Assembly: GCA_030704615.1 (NCBI GenBank)
Contig: CM060731.1
Span: forward strand, 69,192,001-69,256,000
Length of the DNA stretch: 64,000 nt
Direction: 5' to 3'
From: Takakia lepidozioides
Lineage: Eukaryota > Plantae > Bryophyta
Below, in pieces: positions 62,769 to 64,000 of this stretch. The notes below the pieces were generated by a model. That model ran no database searches, had not been told where the DNA came from, and saw only the letters and a program-made list of their open reading frames with translations. A program made the position numbers and the translations under genes. How positions within the stretch are numbered: the first letter of the stretch is position 1; every line of letters starts with the position of its first letter.

Positions 62769-63469
62769 TTGTAGCTAAAGTAAGCTGGAATTTTTATTTG
62801 TAAGCATGTTATTCAGACTGGTATTGGTTTTGCAAGCACAGTGTAGGGTCCACCTCTTTGCAAATTAAGCCTTATGTGCATGCATACTATGGTGAAGAGA
62901 GGGACAGTTTGGGGCTGGTCTAAACAAGTTCCTCTGCTTTCCTGCTTTGCAGAGAATAGCAGTGGCAGAAGAGGTTCTTCCAGCTCCACGAGCTGCAGGA
63001 GAGTCATTTGGAGTGAATGTGCCTGACCACATAAAACAATCAGTCTCTATGTCTTTGTCCAAGGTTGGCCAACCAACCTGTGTAGGCTAGGGGATCTCAG
63101 CACCCACAAATCCTTCAATTGGCTCGGAGGTGCTACTAGGAACGCTTGGCCTGCAGCAATGCCTAACTTTTAAGCACCCTAAGGCTGGTTCAATCAAGAC
63201 ACACTTCAGAGACCTGGATGTACTAATTTCAGTTGCCACTTTCTTCACTGGTTCTGTTTCTGATCTGCTCAGAGAGAAAGGAGGGTGCACAATATATAAC
63301 GGGGTTGTGTACTTGTCATTGATAGGTGGATTGACGCAATCATCTCCAACGTGTATTTTGCAGATTGGACAGTGTCACTGTCCGCTAGTGCATGAACGTG
63401 GCTGTCATTCCAAGTTAGCTTTGCTTGCGAAGGAGAGTCTGCAATTTTGGTAATTTCATTAATTCTCAG

Positions 63470-64000
63470 GCTGGGAGCTCTAGAAAAGGGGAAAGAGGTC
63501 CATGGTGACATTGTCAAAGCTGGATTTGTACCAGATGTCATTCTGAACACTTCCCTGGTGGACATGTATGCCAAATGTGGGTGCATTAAGGATGCTAAGG
63601 GAGTTTTCAACACTATGGCTGAATGAGATGTGGTGTCATGGAACGTGGGGGGGACGTGATGCTTGCAGGGTATGCACAGCGGGGACATGGTATGGAGGCT
63701 TTGGAGACCTATGATCAAATATTGATGGGGGAAGGGGTGAAGTTGCAGCATACTGGTACTTCACAGCCATGGCGGCTCTCTCAGCCCCTCCCTTTTTTTT
63801 TTCTTCTGTTTTATTTTGGCAATGGAAGAGAGCAGCAGCTCTGCTGTGTCCTTCCCTTGCTTATGCCGATCGTTAAAGTGGAAATTGTACCAGTTGTCAT
63901 TCTGAACTCTGCCCTGGTGGACATGTATGCCAAATGTGGGTGCAGCAAGCCTGATGCGAAGGGAGAGTTCGACAATATGGCTGAACGAGACGTGGTATTT
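63470..64000 (+). pseudogene. PLS-class pentatricopeptide-repeat fragments (decayed, locally duplicated)
   Basis: GALEKGKEVHGDIVKAGFVPDVILNTSLVDMYAKCGCIKDAKGVFNTMAE*DVVSWN, and a second copy ILNSALVDMYAKCG...FDNMAERDVV at ~63885-64000. Confidence 0.85.

Overview
Eukaryotic, intron-containing, transposon-rich DNA from a land plant. A non-seed plant (bryophyte or lycophyte grade) is inferred from the PLS-type PPR relics, the RLK relic and the TE families; this is not proven. Three apparently intact host genes are present: two divergently oriented cinnamoyl-CoA reductase (CCR)-type paralogs (15197-18261 minus, 31089-33632 plus; six exons each, both apparently needing a GC-AG intron 3) and a RING-FYVE-SYLF (CFS1/FYVE2-like) gene (36838-42840 minus). 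Decayed host sequences include a receptor-like kinase, the end of a third CCR copy, PPR motifs and a possible NB-ARC piece. Most of the rest is nested mobile DNA: a recent full-length chromodomain Ty3/gypsy element, solo LTRs, hAT and piggyBac-type elements with TIRs/TSDs, and L1-, RTEX- and Dualen-like LINE fragments, one of them split by a ~2 kb inversion. The most unusual item is a decayed two-gene unit (~47.2-62.6 kb): a Mutator-like DDE/SWIM transposase gene head-to-head with a spliced ParB/Srx-fold-like gene, whose first intron carries an array of 24-bp palindromes with unrelated spacers, reminiscent of a parS cluster. All calls are by eye; no searches were run.
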